Assembly: GCA_964057225.1 (NCBI GenBank)
Contig: OZ059896.1
Location: 13,206,001 to 13,270,000 of the forward strand
Direction: 5' to 3'
Length of the DNA: 64,000 bases
Origin: Auanema rhodensis
Taxonomy: Eukaryota > Animalia > Nematoda
Both the position numbers and the translations under genes were made by a program. The notes under the pieces were generated by a model. The model was not told where the DNA came from. It ran no database searches and saw only the letters and a program-made list of their open reading frames with translations. Below, in pieces: positions 1 to 15,300 of this stretch (position 1 is its first letter; the number at the start of each line of letters is the position of its first letter).

Positions 1-345
1 GTTATGTTCAGGTTTCTTTCTAGTTTTGGATTAACCTGAAAACATATTTCAGCAAAAAAGAATAGCGGAAGTGACCTCTGGCGCTTTAACTGATATTTCT
101 CCAGAGTTGTCTATATACAGAGGTGTTGGTAGAATGTTCCTTTTATCCAATAGAGATAAGGAAATGGAGCGATATCAGAAAGAAGCTAAAGATTTAAGGT
201 TCAGCATCCTAACAAATATTCACCTTTTTTTCAATGCTTTAGTGAACGCATTGAAACTATTGATAAGCAAAAGGCCTACTTGGAGAAAAGCATGGTGGAA
301 GCCGAAAATAACTTGAGAGAAATGGTTCAGTTTCGTCGTTCATAA
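1..345 (+). CDS. pfd-1: Prefoldin subunit 1, 3' part (spliced; starts before the window)
   Basis: Spliced translation QKRIAEVTSGALTDISPELSIYRGVGRMFLLS...ERIETIDKQKAYLEKSMVEAENNLREMVQFRRS* matches the PFDN1 YEGVGRMF and YLERSVKEAEDNIREM motifs; TAA at 343-345. Confidence 0.9.
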
Positions 346-826
346 GTTTGTTATTTTTAAAGATGTAACCTGTTTTCACCATCATAAATTCTGTTTTATT
401 TTGCTTTGGGTATTTTTTTACACGACTTTAGTATCTTCACGCTAATGCTTTCAGATGAACTTAGCCTCACTTTAATCCTATTTTCTGTGCTTACATTTTT
501 TTAAAACATTTTTATGAGCTAATGATTTCAAGGCTTAAGTCAAATATCAGCTTTACGCTGTTTATTCGTTTATATGTCGAATGCTTCCCTAAAGGTAACA
601 GTTGTACCAAAAGGCTAATAAACGTTTTGTTTTATATATATGTTTATAAGTTTATTTCAAGTATCCTAATATTTCCTTCAGACTTCCTTTGGAAGGTTAG
701 CTTCTGTAACAAACATTTTTCAGATATTTCTTTTAATTATGATAGTTTCTTTATAATTTCAAATAATCGGTTTACTAGGGTTTGCAATTAGATTAAGTTT
801 TATAGTCCACACACTTACAAGTGGTG

Positions 827-846
827 GAACTGAACTGAACTGAACT
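827..846. repeat. (GAACT)4 short tandem repeat
   Basis: GAACTGAACTGAACTGAACT visible, preceded by the small inverted repeat TCCACACACTTACAAGTGGTGGA. Confidence 0.8.
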
Positions 847-1317
847 AAGTCTTTCTGTATAATGTTTTGAGAAATAAACATTACCGTTGAAGAGTAATTA
901 ATCTTGAATACTTATGGAAACTAAATGTATTGGTGTATTAACGGTATAATTGAGAGGTTCAACTAGTAATTGTTTTAGAAATATATGCATTTGATAATTT
1001 GTGTGAATGTTGTATATTTAGATGGTAAATACCAAAAGCAATAGTAATAAAAAAGTTGTTCTTATCAAATGTATTAGTTGTTTTCATTTGTTATTTTACA
1101 TTAAATACATAATGTATATAGGTATAAAGTTTTAGTAATTAGATTTATTTATTTTGTTGTAGGAAGATTGATTAGTGATGTTCTATGTAGATCAATACGA
1201 TATTTGGTTTGCGCGGGCCCTATGGTGCACAACGACATTTTTTCCATATTTATAAAGATTTATTATAAAAAATTTATTACATTAATATGAAATTACGCAT
1301 GATCTCAATTTTTTAAG

Positions 1318-3611
<2,294 letters not shown>

Positions 3612-4953
3612 TTTTTTTGACATATTTTTTTTAGAAATTTGTAGTAAAATGGTTTTTTTAAATGTTTTTTCTTGATAATTTCAGTTTAACTAGTTAAGCA
3701 TGAGGCATATACTGTTTTATGGGAATACTAGTGGTTCACAGTTAATCCTTCAGTGTTATACGTACGGCCGCCTTTTAAGTCGATCGTTTATTCAGGGTAT
3801 TGATGTAGTATTTTACGAATTAATGTTCGCTATTGGAGTATTGCGTGTTCTTGTTTTTATCCTTTTGTGTATTCCGAACAGGTAAACTGGGGTCATTAGG
3901 AAAATTTAAAGCATAAGAGCTTAGAGATGTAGTGTAACTTGCGCTTATTTTAAAAGTTAGATTGTTTATGAACAACTTTGTTTTTTCTTATGTTATTCGA
4001 TGAAATGCTGTTGATCTACAGAACACGAATGATGGTAGGTGTCGGCTCATGATATGAACATGAAAGGTCACAAATCGCTTGCTTCATTATATACTTATGT
4101 TGTATGATGCTCAATGAAGCGGCCAAATTGTAAATAGCCATATAATAGTCTAAAAGGTGTTGCCCGGCTGTCAAACGCTTCCTGACATAGACAGTTAACA
4201 AGCAAATATTTATAATTGTTCTATTGCTCAATGGCAAAAACTCCTTTGTTCTCTCCTACTTTTATGATTATATTTTAAAAGTATACTCTTCGAAAGTAAG
4301 AAGAAATGAGTAAGAAGGCATTTACTATACTCATTTACATCGTTTTATCTGATGTAAATGCATTATAATGTGGTTTTGATAATATGTTTCTATGAAAGTA
4401 GCTTTTTTGTGATATGAAAGAAGTCTTACTATCTGACTAAATTCTACGTTTCTCAGAAAATCGAGAATCTTCTACTTATTCTAGCTATTTCCGCTGTGAG
4501 ATATTAAAGATCTTGCCTTCGAAGAGGGTGGGTTCGATTAGTGACCGACCGTAGTCATAGGCCAATGGCGGTTGTGGTTATTCCATGCTTGACTCCGCCT
4601 ACAAGGCTCTTCGCCGTCGGTTTCACAGCAGCGTTTGATAGAGCGTGATCACGTTGATCTTTTAAAATTCGCATTTGACTTCCCTTATCTGAAAATTATT
4701 TTCTATAATAATTTATTACTCCTGTACCTTTCCTTCGAACATCCTGTCGGCCGCAACTGAATTTGAGGAGCTTTTAGCTTCTAATTCGCTTTCATCTTCA
4801 TCTCCACCTGCATGTTCATCGGACACAACATCATCTTTCGGAATATTGGAACAATCAGCTACAGCTTTATTAAATTCTTTACTTTCTAATACAACACCAC
4901 CTATTTTACAACAAACATCGTGTGCTGCTTCCAATTCTAATAATATTAGTGGC

Positions 4954-7932
4954 ATGTCTGCCTCACAACCAAGCAGTAAGTTTATATTTCTAAGTGTATT
5001 TCTTTATTTTATTAACAAAATGATACCAATTCTTAAATATTTCTAATTTATTAGTCACTAAATAAAAAAGATATCGGTGATTCAAGCTCTCGAGATATGT
5101 TATGCACATATCAAGTGTACGAGATGAGATGACATGAAGTGTTGTCTAATACGTACTACAGGGTATAGTATATTGTATTTCCTATTCAAGAATAGTACTT
5201 TCAGGATTGATATAGATTTTGGTACAAAATTATTAATACTTTATTAATTCTAGGTCGCATTTTGCTGGATGTTCCTTGCAGAGTTTGTCAAGACCATTCC
5301 TCTGGCAAACATTATGGGATATTTTCTTGCGATGGGTGTGCAGGATTTTTCAAAGTTGAAGCTTTTAGCGAAAATAGAATATAAATATATGAATTTCAGA
5401 GATCTATAAGGAGGCATCGTCAATATATTTGTAAAAACAAAGGAGGAGCTGAAGAAGGACGTTGTATTGTAGACAAAACCCATAGAAATCAGTGTCGGTA
5501 AGTACTAAAGAAAAGGGATTAATAGCTGGTTCGTGTTTTCCGTAAAAGACATGGATACTCTATCAATTTAATACTGGTAGGTCATCAAGAGTATATCCTT
5601 CTATTGTTAGTATACAACATATACAACACTTTTAAGTCATCATAACCTTTTTACAACTTGCCGAAGATGAATATTTCTTGATGATCTTTAAAACTGTCAG
5701 TCGTTACCCAGCAATGTTGAATAATAAGAAATAAATTGTTTAGGAATAATATAAGGGCTTTTCAGAGCATGTCGACTCCTGAAATGCTTAGAAATAGGAA
5801 TGAACAAAGAAGCCGTTCAACACGAGCGAGGGCCACGCAACTCTTCAATTCGTCGTCAATCATTCTTACTTCAACAACAGCAACAAAGAATAATTTCAGT
5901 AAGTGTTATCTTTAAATTTAATGAGGAATCGCGACATTTGAAAAACATTGAGCTTCGATTGTCAGCGTGGTTAAGCAAAAAACTGCTAAAAGAGTATATC
6001 TTTGTACAATATTATAAGTACCCAATTCGACACAAGGCCAGCTGATGATTAAATGACATATCCCTCTACTTATTGAACCATCTTTTCATTCTAATAACAT
6101 GTATGATCAAATATTGTTGGTTAAATCCAGCATCATAGCCTCGTAAGACCCGCATCTGTCTCTATTGCACAAGTGCTTGAACTGAACAAACATACTTATC
6201 TTACTCTATTATGTGAGATGATTACTTGTAAATGGCCTTCATGTCTTCATGTATGTATGACTAACTTTTGTTACTTTATTTCCGTTTGAAATCTGTCATA
6301 TATGAGAGAATTGGTACATATCTCATTGCATTACTTAGAAATATTTTCAAACCTCGTCTTCGGCATTATTAATTCAGAATTCATTACAATATATGTGAGA
6401 AAGAGCAGTGTAGGAAAGATGAAGGGGTGGGGACTTAGTGGCAGTACAGTATACCTTGGGTTGTGTTGTTGACGTCACAAAGAAGGAACCATTCTTATTT
6501 TTTCTTTTCCTTTTCCAAAAGTGGATGTTTTCACCTCGAAAACCGATGCGCTGAGATTCCTTTGAGCCATAAATTATCTTTCATGCCACCTATTTTTCTG
6601 TTCATAAACTGAAAAGAGAGAGCAGGATAGAGACAAACTAAGAGTAAGCATGAGAATTAGAGCGATTGCAAAGGATAGAGACCCCGGAAAAAAGAGAGGG
6701 TGCTGTGCTGGAACTTCTCTCTACTACCGTAATCGAATCATCATGACTTTGGGTCGGATTTAGTTGAGCTGAACTAAGTTGTATTCTCATCATCAAACAT
6801 TTGACATACCACCTACACGGGAGCCTTTTTGCCAAAAAAATTTAATTTGAAATAGATGAGACAAGTGAAAACGATGCTTTGAATAGAGAGATGAATTTGT
6901 TCTTCAATCCTGTAACAATAACAGAAAACATGGCTGAATGAAATACTTTTCGACACTTATTCATACATAAAAATTTATTTCAGCCAGATCTCACTTCCGA
7001 TGCCGAGCCTGCAACAATTACTACTACATCATCAGATTGTTTAACTGAAATAGCAGCTAGAGCTTTCTTCCACGTGATCAATTGGGCCAAATGCCAGCTA
7101 CCTTTCGCATGTCTCCCTCACGATAAGCAGGTTGGAAATATATACGTTATAAACTTATTTTATAGTTTTTGTCAACTTAGATCTAAATGTATGCATTTGT
7201 AGATTATTGCTTTTCAAAATTCTTGGCCCTCCTTATTTGTATTATTATCAACGGATCAAAAACTTATCACCTCATCGCAAGTTCGTAATAGCAAGAGTGG
7301 AATGTCAAAAGATAAAAATGACGTATGTAGTATATCCATAGCATTTCTTTTAAAAGTTTGAAATTCAGGTTATATCCGCTTTTGAAAAAGTAGAAAATCT
7401 TCATCTTGATTCTCGAGAAATACAACTTCTAAAACTTTATGCTCTTTTAAAAGGTATTATATTAATTTGTTTTTGCTATTATTTCATAGAAACATGTATA
7501 GACACTGTTAGTGGCCTACAGCTAGGATATCAATTAGCTACATTCCAGCAATTATTTTTCAGAGCCGATCCATTCCGTTTCTTGAAGTAAGTTTTTATTT
7601 CCTCATAATTATAATAAAAATATTTTCAACAGATGTATGGAAATCTTATCTATTCCCGCTGAGCCATTTGTTGAAGTTTTATTCCGGCCTTCTATTGGAA
7701 ATGCATCTATGACTGTTTTAATAACTGATATACTCAGTCCGATAAAGTCCATTGAACCATTCTTGCTGAAAGCGTTACAAACTCCATTTAATGTTAGTTG
7801 TTCTGATATTTTGCAATAATTTTTATGTTTTAGCCACAGCTAGATGGTGAACGATCTTCTCCCGAACCATCGTCAAACGCATCGTCAAGTTTCTCGAAAG
7901 TTGAACAAGATGACCAACCCATATCACCTTGA
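4954..7932 (+). CDS. nhr-67: Tailless/NR2E1 nuclear hormone receptor (true start may lie upstream)
   Basis: [75 protein letters not shown]; reduced LBD with [12 protein letters not shown]; stop at 7930-7932. Confidence 0.95.
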
Positions 7933-9094
7933 TGACTAATTATGTCTATTGGAAATTTGTGAAAAAAAGGTTTTAATTTCTCCCATATTGTTTTTAGTTC
8001 TACTGAAAGTCTCATTTGAGTAAACATTTTTTAAACGTTTATTTTATATGACATTCACTACTTATTTCTATGCCAACAAGACTTCTATTAATTAATATTA
8101 ATATTATTGTTTTTATTTTTATTTTTTCATTCATAAGATAAGTAATTAGACATACTTAACGCCTAAGTGTTAACAAGTCTCCCAGGTAGAAATGACAGTC
8201 ATAACAAATGGTAGTGTGAGGTCAAAATTATTCAGGCACCCCCTTATTAGGTCATTATGATCCGTAAAAGAAGTTCCAACAGTGCTGTCACGAGTGTCTC
8301 AAGTGTGAATAGTAAAGATAAATATGGAATAATTGTATTCAAATACTTAGAAGAGAACGATGTGGTCGAACAACTACAGTATCCTCTCAAATCAGTTCAT
8401 CTTCTTCGTATGGATTAACTATTGAATTCATAGCTACCAAGAGAGAAAAATTCTGGAAAAAATCAGTTTTGTTAATTTTAGATAGAAAAAAGGCAAAAGA
8501 AACAGACGTTTGTCATCACCTATGAGAACTAGTTGTGAAGTTGTCGCCTAGTTTCTCCGGATATTATGACATAGCAAATCTTGAATCAGCCTCACAGCTA
8601 TTAAACGAGACACCCGAGCAGGTGGTTCATACTGTACGAGCAAAAAAATCAAACAAAACGAAAAGACAATGAATTTATGAAAAAATGAATCAACAAAAGA
8701 TTTCAACCAGTATACTTGTATTTTCAAAATCAATATCAAGTTGAAAGTGAACGTTAATGAACTTCACTTAAGCATTTATTATTCTATATCAAATGTTGTT
8801 AATCGACTTCCATTCAATAAAGTGTTACCAATTCACTTGTGTGTCCTGAGCTATATTGTATTATAGCTCGTTTTTCATACTAGAAAAGAAAAGAGGATGA
8901 AAACCGTTATCAGAGAAAATGACATCGCGATCATATCTGTTTTGTAAGGGGCTTGTAATTGATTCATTGCCCTAATTATGTTATTTCCATTATATCAATC
9001 TATTCTATGGAATTCATATCATTATACTAATCTGATTATTCTTTACATACTTGTTTTTATTAAACTTTTAAAAGGATATTACATTTATTTTAGA

Positions 9095-9854
9095 ATGAAA
9101 GAATATAAAATCGTGATAATTGGTAATGGTGGAGTAGGTAAAAGTGCTTTGGTAATCTTTAACGTATCTTATTATAATGATTTTCGAATATATTCTGTTT
9201 GTGAAGATATTATGATATTTCAGACAGTCCGTTTTGTCCAAGGCCAATTTATTACCTCTTATGACGCTACTATTGAAGACTCGTACAGAAAATATGTTCA
9301 TATCGATGGTGAAGAGTGTCGCATGGAGATATTGGATACTGCTGGAATTGTCGAATACATTACTTTTACATTGATCAAACGATCTGTAGTTTAGGAGCAA
9401 TTTACTGGAATGAGAGACCTATATCTTCGTAATGGTAATGGCTTCATTCTTGTATATTCTGTCGATGATTACTCTTCATTTTTAACTGTTCAAAGCTTTG
9501 CTAAAAGCATAGTTAAGCAAAAGAATGGATTTGTAAAATAAATTTTATAGAGTTAACTTTGAAGATAATTCAGGCTCCAATGGTATTTGTTGGTAATAAA
9601 TCCGATAAAGCAGAATGTCACCGAGTTGTACCTATTTCTAAAGGAATTGAGTTAGCAAAAACATATCGCAGTCCCTTTCTGGAAACAAGTGCTAAAAGTG
9701 ACATAAATGTCAAAGAGGTAAAAAGAAAAAATGAAATATAATCATTTATTAGTTTAAGATTTTTTTGATTTGTGCCAGACAAATCCAATCTGCATTTAAG
9801 AAAAAAACGAAAAAGAATAAATATCACTCGCCAAACTGCTGTGCCATGTCATAA
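9095..9854 (+). CDS. rap-3: Rap-subfamily small GTPase
   Basis: GNGGVGKS P-loop, [11 protein letters not shown] effector loop, [25 protein letters not shown], polybasic tail and CaaX (CCAMS*). Confidence 0.8.
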
Positions 9855-9914
9855 TATTAAATTCTATTGCAATACACTTTACTTTTAAATTAATAAATAA
9901 ATTATTCGAAGCAT

Positions 9915-11115
9915 TCAAATCCGATCATCTTCTACGGTGGAATACTGAAAAAAATAAAATAGAATTTTCTCAAAAAGCTTTTTTACCCCGTAGAATGAAG
10001 CTGAAATTGGATCAGCCGATATTGATTTTAAGTTATTCAAAGATGTGAAATCAAAGTTGTCGAAGGCAATGCTAGACAGTTCGCGGTTGTCCCATTTCTT
10101 ATTTTGTTCAAAAATAGCCAAAACCAAAATATGAAACCCTACAAAGTTACATTAGTCAGAAAGTTAGAACAACGAATTGCCTAAAGGTTTGTCTTCCTCG
10201 GAAGGAGCTACATAATCCACTGCTACTCTACTTCCTTTGTCTATTAATAATCTACCGCTATCATGCTGAACATTGACAACCAACCAATTTAGTCGTTTGT
10301 TTGTCGAATCTTCAATGAAAATTATTAATGAATGCAGATATTTGTTCAATTTACCTAGAAGAAAAACTGAATACAAATATTCATCGGTTGCATTTTTAAT
10401 GAAAAGGTTTGGAGGAAGAGCGAGAGTAGTTAAAATCGAGGGAACATATAACTGTCCCAAGACAAGAGTTTCATTCTTAAACATAACCTAAAAAAATACA
10501 AAGTAAATAAATAAGTTTCAAATTACCTCCGTTTCAAATGGAGGTGATTTTTTCAAGATTTGAGGAACTATTTTATTGTCTCTGAAAGCTTAAAAAAAGA
10601 AATACATGTTTTGATACAGACAAACTAGTTTCTGGTTCGAGATAAGTGAGATCATCATTTAATTTACAGCACAGATTGACAGATTTGTCATACCGTGAGG
10701 GTAAACAATCATAGCCAGTAGGACAAGAAGCATCGTTTTCACTTCCACAAGTCATGAGTAAAGTATCATGAAACTTTGGACAGACTTAAGCATATCAATA
10801 AGTAGTATTATTCACTTAACCTACCTGGTGGTTCTACATCTGATTTATCTTGACAACATATATATTTGAAAGATTTTAGAGAAAATTGACAAGCAGAATT
10901 TCTTCCTTTAGGACATGTAGAGTTCTCCTGTAAACATTGTAAAGGTCTAGCAGGATTAGAAATTGTAGAAATGGACATTAGTGGTGCTTGCCATGGACGT
11001 ATACAATCTAAGTTCAAGAAATATTGATAAAAATAGATGAATAGAATCAACCTCGCAATTTTCGTCGATCAGCTTCAGTTACAGCAAAAAATAAAAAAAG
11101 ACTGAAAATTAACAT
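9915..11115 (-). CDS. Secreted protein: two lustrin/WR1-like Cys-rich modules plus a divergent PEBP-like C-terminal domain
   Basis: Signal peptide MLIFSLFLFFAVTEA; C..C..CP..C..ICC and CP..C..CP.GY.C..LCC modules; C-terminal LNWLVVNV..VDYVAP..GFHILVLAIFEQ resembles PEBP HWLV.NI..Y..P.P..G.HRYVFLL.EQ. Confidence 0.65.
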
Positions 11116-11365
11116 TTCGGAAGGAACGTTGTTGAAGAAAAGAAAAAGAAATTGCAGCCTTTTATAGTCATCAAGAAATGTTTGACTAGAATGTACAAAG
11201 AGAGATGATTCAAAGATCCACACCTTATAATCTCATATATATCTTTTCTGCTTCCAAATATAGAGAGATAGGTGTGGCAAATAAACAAATAACAAATACA
11301 AAGCACATGCTTAAACAATCATTTTAAAAGACATAGGAATTATAAATAAAATGTATAGCATATTC

Positions 11366-12023
11366 TTATACCAAGGATTCAGTTTTACCAAAAAAGACTA
11401 TTCCTCGTCCTGTACTATTAGATCTCGTTGAAATGGGTGATGGAAATCTGTAACATGAATTCAGATGAATTCATTAAATTCAATTTACTTCAAATATGTG
11501 AACTGGCGATTCGAAAGGCTTTGAACAGGTGACTCCTAAGTTAGATCTAAGTGCGACATATTTAAAAGGGAACGAAACCTCAGGAGTTAAAACAGTTTTT
11601 CTATCAATAGGTTTAGGTGTGTCAATATCTATGGCGAACATCTAGGCATTATTCAATTAAGCAAATGATTTCCGATGTCTAACCTGTTCTAAATTTTCTA
11701 ACGTACTTTCGTTAACCATCATATTTCCCTTTAGAAATAACATGATATAGACATTAATATAGCCAATCTAACCGTGTACTGATTATATTTTTCCATATCT
11801 AAACAGAAACCAGTTGGAAGACAGCTAGGGGGAGTTAAAAAATCTATTGATTTTCTGAAATATAACTATTTCGAAACAAATATTAGCAAAATGAGGCAAA
11901 CCGTTCTATTTTTGTGAGTTCAATTTCACAAGAACATACTTCTTTTTTTAGAAATTTGTTGGTTAAAAAGCCAATTATAATTAAGAGAATTATGGCAGTG
12001 ATAGTTATGATAACAAGCATCAT
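11366..12023 (-). CDS. Uncharacterised single-pass membrane protein, about 150 aa
   Basis: Five exons join in frame through GT-AG introns: MMLVIITITAIILLIIIGFLTNKFLKKE...FPSPISTRSNSTGRGIVFFGKTESLV*. Confidence 0.6.
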
Positions 12024-12395
12024 CGTTAAATTTGAGATAACTAAACCTTAGCATTCAGATCAGCATGTAGACCAAAGTTCATATTCTTCATACTTTCACC
12101 GTACTTACAATATATTTTTAATATCTTGATACAAACCAATCAATAACCCAGTATACTATATTAATAGTAAGAGATCTAATACAATGATTTTCCTCTGTAA
12201 AATAACTTGATATGATACCTTCACAACTTTGTCTTCAGAATAAACAAGTTTTAATTTTTTCCCTTTGAATAATGTAGTTGCAGCTTGATATCTATTTAAC
12301 TTATACTAAGACATATTTATTAAATTATCGGAATAAATATTATATTTATCACATTGAGAAGCATCACATTTGATTACAGTTCAAAGCTATATTAC

Positions 12396-15300
12396 TTAGT
12401 CTTCATCGAAAGGGTTTAAACTTTTTTTATCTCGGGAGCTGTTATCCAGGAAAGGGTTTGTATTTTGAGGCTTATCTAATCGGCTGGTAACACTTTCCAA
12501 TGACCTCGGGGTTGAGTAATTATCATCCGAACCCACTTTTGGTTTCAACGAAGTTCTTCTAGAGGTAGACTGAAACAAACAAGAAACGTCTTAAAATATA
12601 TTGCCAACTTACGCCAGATTTCCTAGTTTGCGGTTTGTTGTTATCAAAAAGACCCATCTTGACATATTTTGAAATGAGATCCATACAATTATCAGAAGAA
12701 TTCAACTATAATAGTTAGTGAAGCTAGAGATAATAATGTAAATATAATACTTCGACTTGGAAATTACTGTAAGCTTGTCTATCATGAATATTCTCACGAT
12801 TAATTTGTCTAAAGATTCAGATAGTGATTATTAAAAAATGCAATATTTTTACGTCGTTGTTGCGGTATTGGAGAGTGGGGCACAAGCTGGGCATCTATCA
12901 GCTCTATCAGAGTAAGATTCGAAGCAATGAACGTGATAGCTGTGTTTGCAAAGAAAATGAACAGCAGGTAATTGTAAAGCTGTATCACATGCACAGCATC
13001 GAATGACCTGAACCACCTGGGTACTGAAATAAGAGTTATGATGAGAAATTGTGTGAAGTCCCACTCGAATTTGATTGAATCAACTATATCCTCAATTTCA
13101 GCCATTCTATTTTCACCAGCAGCAATAGCTAAACGATCGCTCTCTATCTGAAAGAACAAATTTAAAAATGTATTTGCTCTTATTTAACTTTTTTTTGCTG
13201 CTTATCAAGCCAGTTCACAATGTAATCTTTGATAGTTGAAACTTTTAAACAAGAACTCCGAGATAATATATCTACTACGACAAGTGGATGGACGGCTTTA
13301 GACTCTTCTAATCTACAGAAAGAAAGTGGTAAAAATGACTGTAAAAGTAGAACTAACCCTTGAAGCAAATTTCTGATGGAAATTTCGTCTTTGATATTTT
13401 CTGCTTTTGCCACATATAACAGTGCTTCCAACCACATATCTTTGTCGCTAAAATTAATATTTACATCTTCAGAAAAAAACTATAAAATAAAAACAAACCA
13501 TTGACATCTACATAACTGAATAACTTTATCCATTTTATCATGTTTCATATAATAATGTAATAATTCTTTCACTCTAAATATCTTTGTTTATGAAGAAAAA
13601 TAGATTCATTATCAACAAAACCTTCCAGTTTCTGTATAGATATATTCCACAACAGGAACACAATCAAATAATTGGGCAAGATGTATCAAATGGGCTGGGA
13701 AGGGCTTTTCGATATATCGTATTATGAGCTTTTCACAATCTTCATCTGTCTAAAAAAACACTCGTTGTTTGTGACTATAATAGATAAAAATACGATTTCT
13801 TTACTGGAGTAGGATCGTAGCCTTATTTCCAATATAGTATCTAATAGCGTCTTTCTTTGTTCGCCGGATACCTGGAAAAAGATATACTTTAAAGAAGTAG
13901 AACTATGTAGAAGAAACCTTAGTTAATGCGTATTCTATGAAGTCCGCACTTTTATACGAATCTCCAACAAATACTGAGAGAAGTTGAGAAGGATCAACCT
14001 CAGCTATAATGTAAAAATAGAATTATTTAAATAGAAAAAAATCATACTAGTTGACGAATTTTCTAAAGTCCGTAATAACAATGCCATCATTTCCTTGGAA
14101 CATTTTTCATAAAGTATCTTACCAAATTTATCTATATATGTAATAATCTGAAATTAAAACCCATTTCATAATAGTATGAAACGTATTATATACTTCTTTA
14201 GGTGACAAATTGTTTAGATATCCTATAGCTAAACGATACATTTTCAAATCTTCAATGAAAATTCCTAAAGCAATTTCATGTCGCTTCAATTTTGTAGCCA
14301 ATTTTCCAGCTTTGTCAGACATTCCACAATTTCGAAGAACCTTAAAATTACTTGAGTGACATTCCTGAAAAATTAAATTGTACCTGTAGAGCAACATCCA
14401 TATCATAATCATCGTCATCAACCACACTATTGATGAAGGTATTCAATTTTTCTTCTTCTTTCAATCTTGCATAGCATTGAAGCAAAATCGCTGTATGATG
14501 ACCATTAGCGTACCCACTTTCATGGAGTGCGTTCAGATAGACACATAACTGCCTCAAACGTGTATCATCATGAAACTATATTCACAAATAAAAAGAGAAA
14601 ACATTAGGTAAAAATACTTTTTTAATAACATAAGAAGGTTGGATCATTCCAATTGTTTCTTTATACTGATTAATAGCATTATCAAAATCACCTTTTCTGA
14701 AACAAACGTACTATATACAAAATGATAAAACAGAGATACCCATATAAGTGGTCACCGAATTTGTAATGGATTAATTTTAGATACTGATGACCGTCCTTGT
14801 TATGTTTAGCAAGACTATAATAATAATTAGCCGTATTAATAAAACAAATAGTTGAACTCGCCCCACAGCTACATCATATAAATTTTTCTTGAAAAGAATA
14901 TCCAACTTAGCACTAAGGTTCCTCTCTACGAGAACAGAAAGCGTTCCATCTTTACTTAGTATCATAAGGTTATCGTTAATGGAAAAAATTCTAAAATGAT
15001 TTGATGAAAACCTTTACTAATTTATATTTACCTGCACAAAGATGGCAATGAGCAAGAAAATGCTATATATTGCCCTTTAATATCATATACAGTAACCATA
15101 GACATGAATTCTGTCTCATTCGACCTGGTGTAAAAAATAAGAATATCGAAATTTCTCATTGCACAAACGGAATCAAAGCTTGCTGTTTGGTAAGAAGTAC
15201 CACATGTTCCCCAATCGCAACTATCTGTAGCTTTTCATGTCCTCTTCCAAGTTGATAGCATCTGCCTGTACCAATATCATCAGTTGTACATTGTTCGGCG

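Noticed and set aside
522-791. ORF-track ORFs in intergenic or antisense positions (for example 522-791, 3700-3885, 4016-4237, 8548-8739, 53944-54261, 57806-58000)
   Set aside because: F/I/L/Y-rich composition typical of AT-rich non-coding DNA, or shadows of real exons; no motifs or splice support
808-850. Helitron-like 3' end (hairpin followed by CTAA)
   Set aside because: Weak hairpin, no matching 5' end and no second copy in the window
4530-4600. tRNA B-box-like GGTTCGA and Y/sbRNA-like GTGGTTAT...CTTGAC words
   Set aside because: No cloverleaf, no GGTCCG 5' stem and no adjacent terminator; order and spacing do not fit
8161-8167. Telomere-like GCCTAAG (also at 43091)
   Set aside because: Single units only; the second lies in pkd-2 coding sequence; expected by chance
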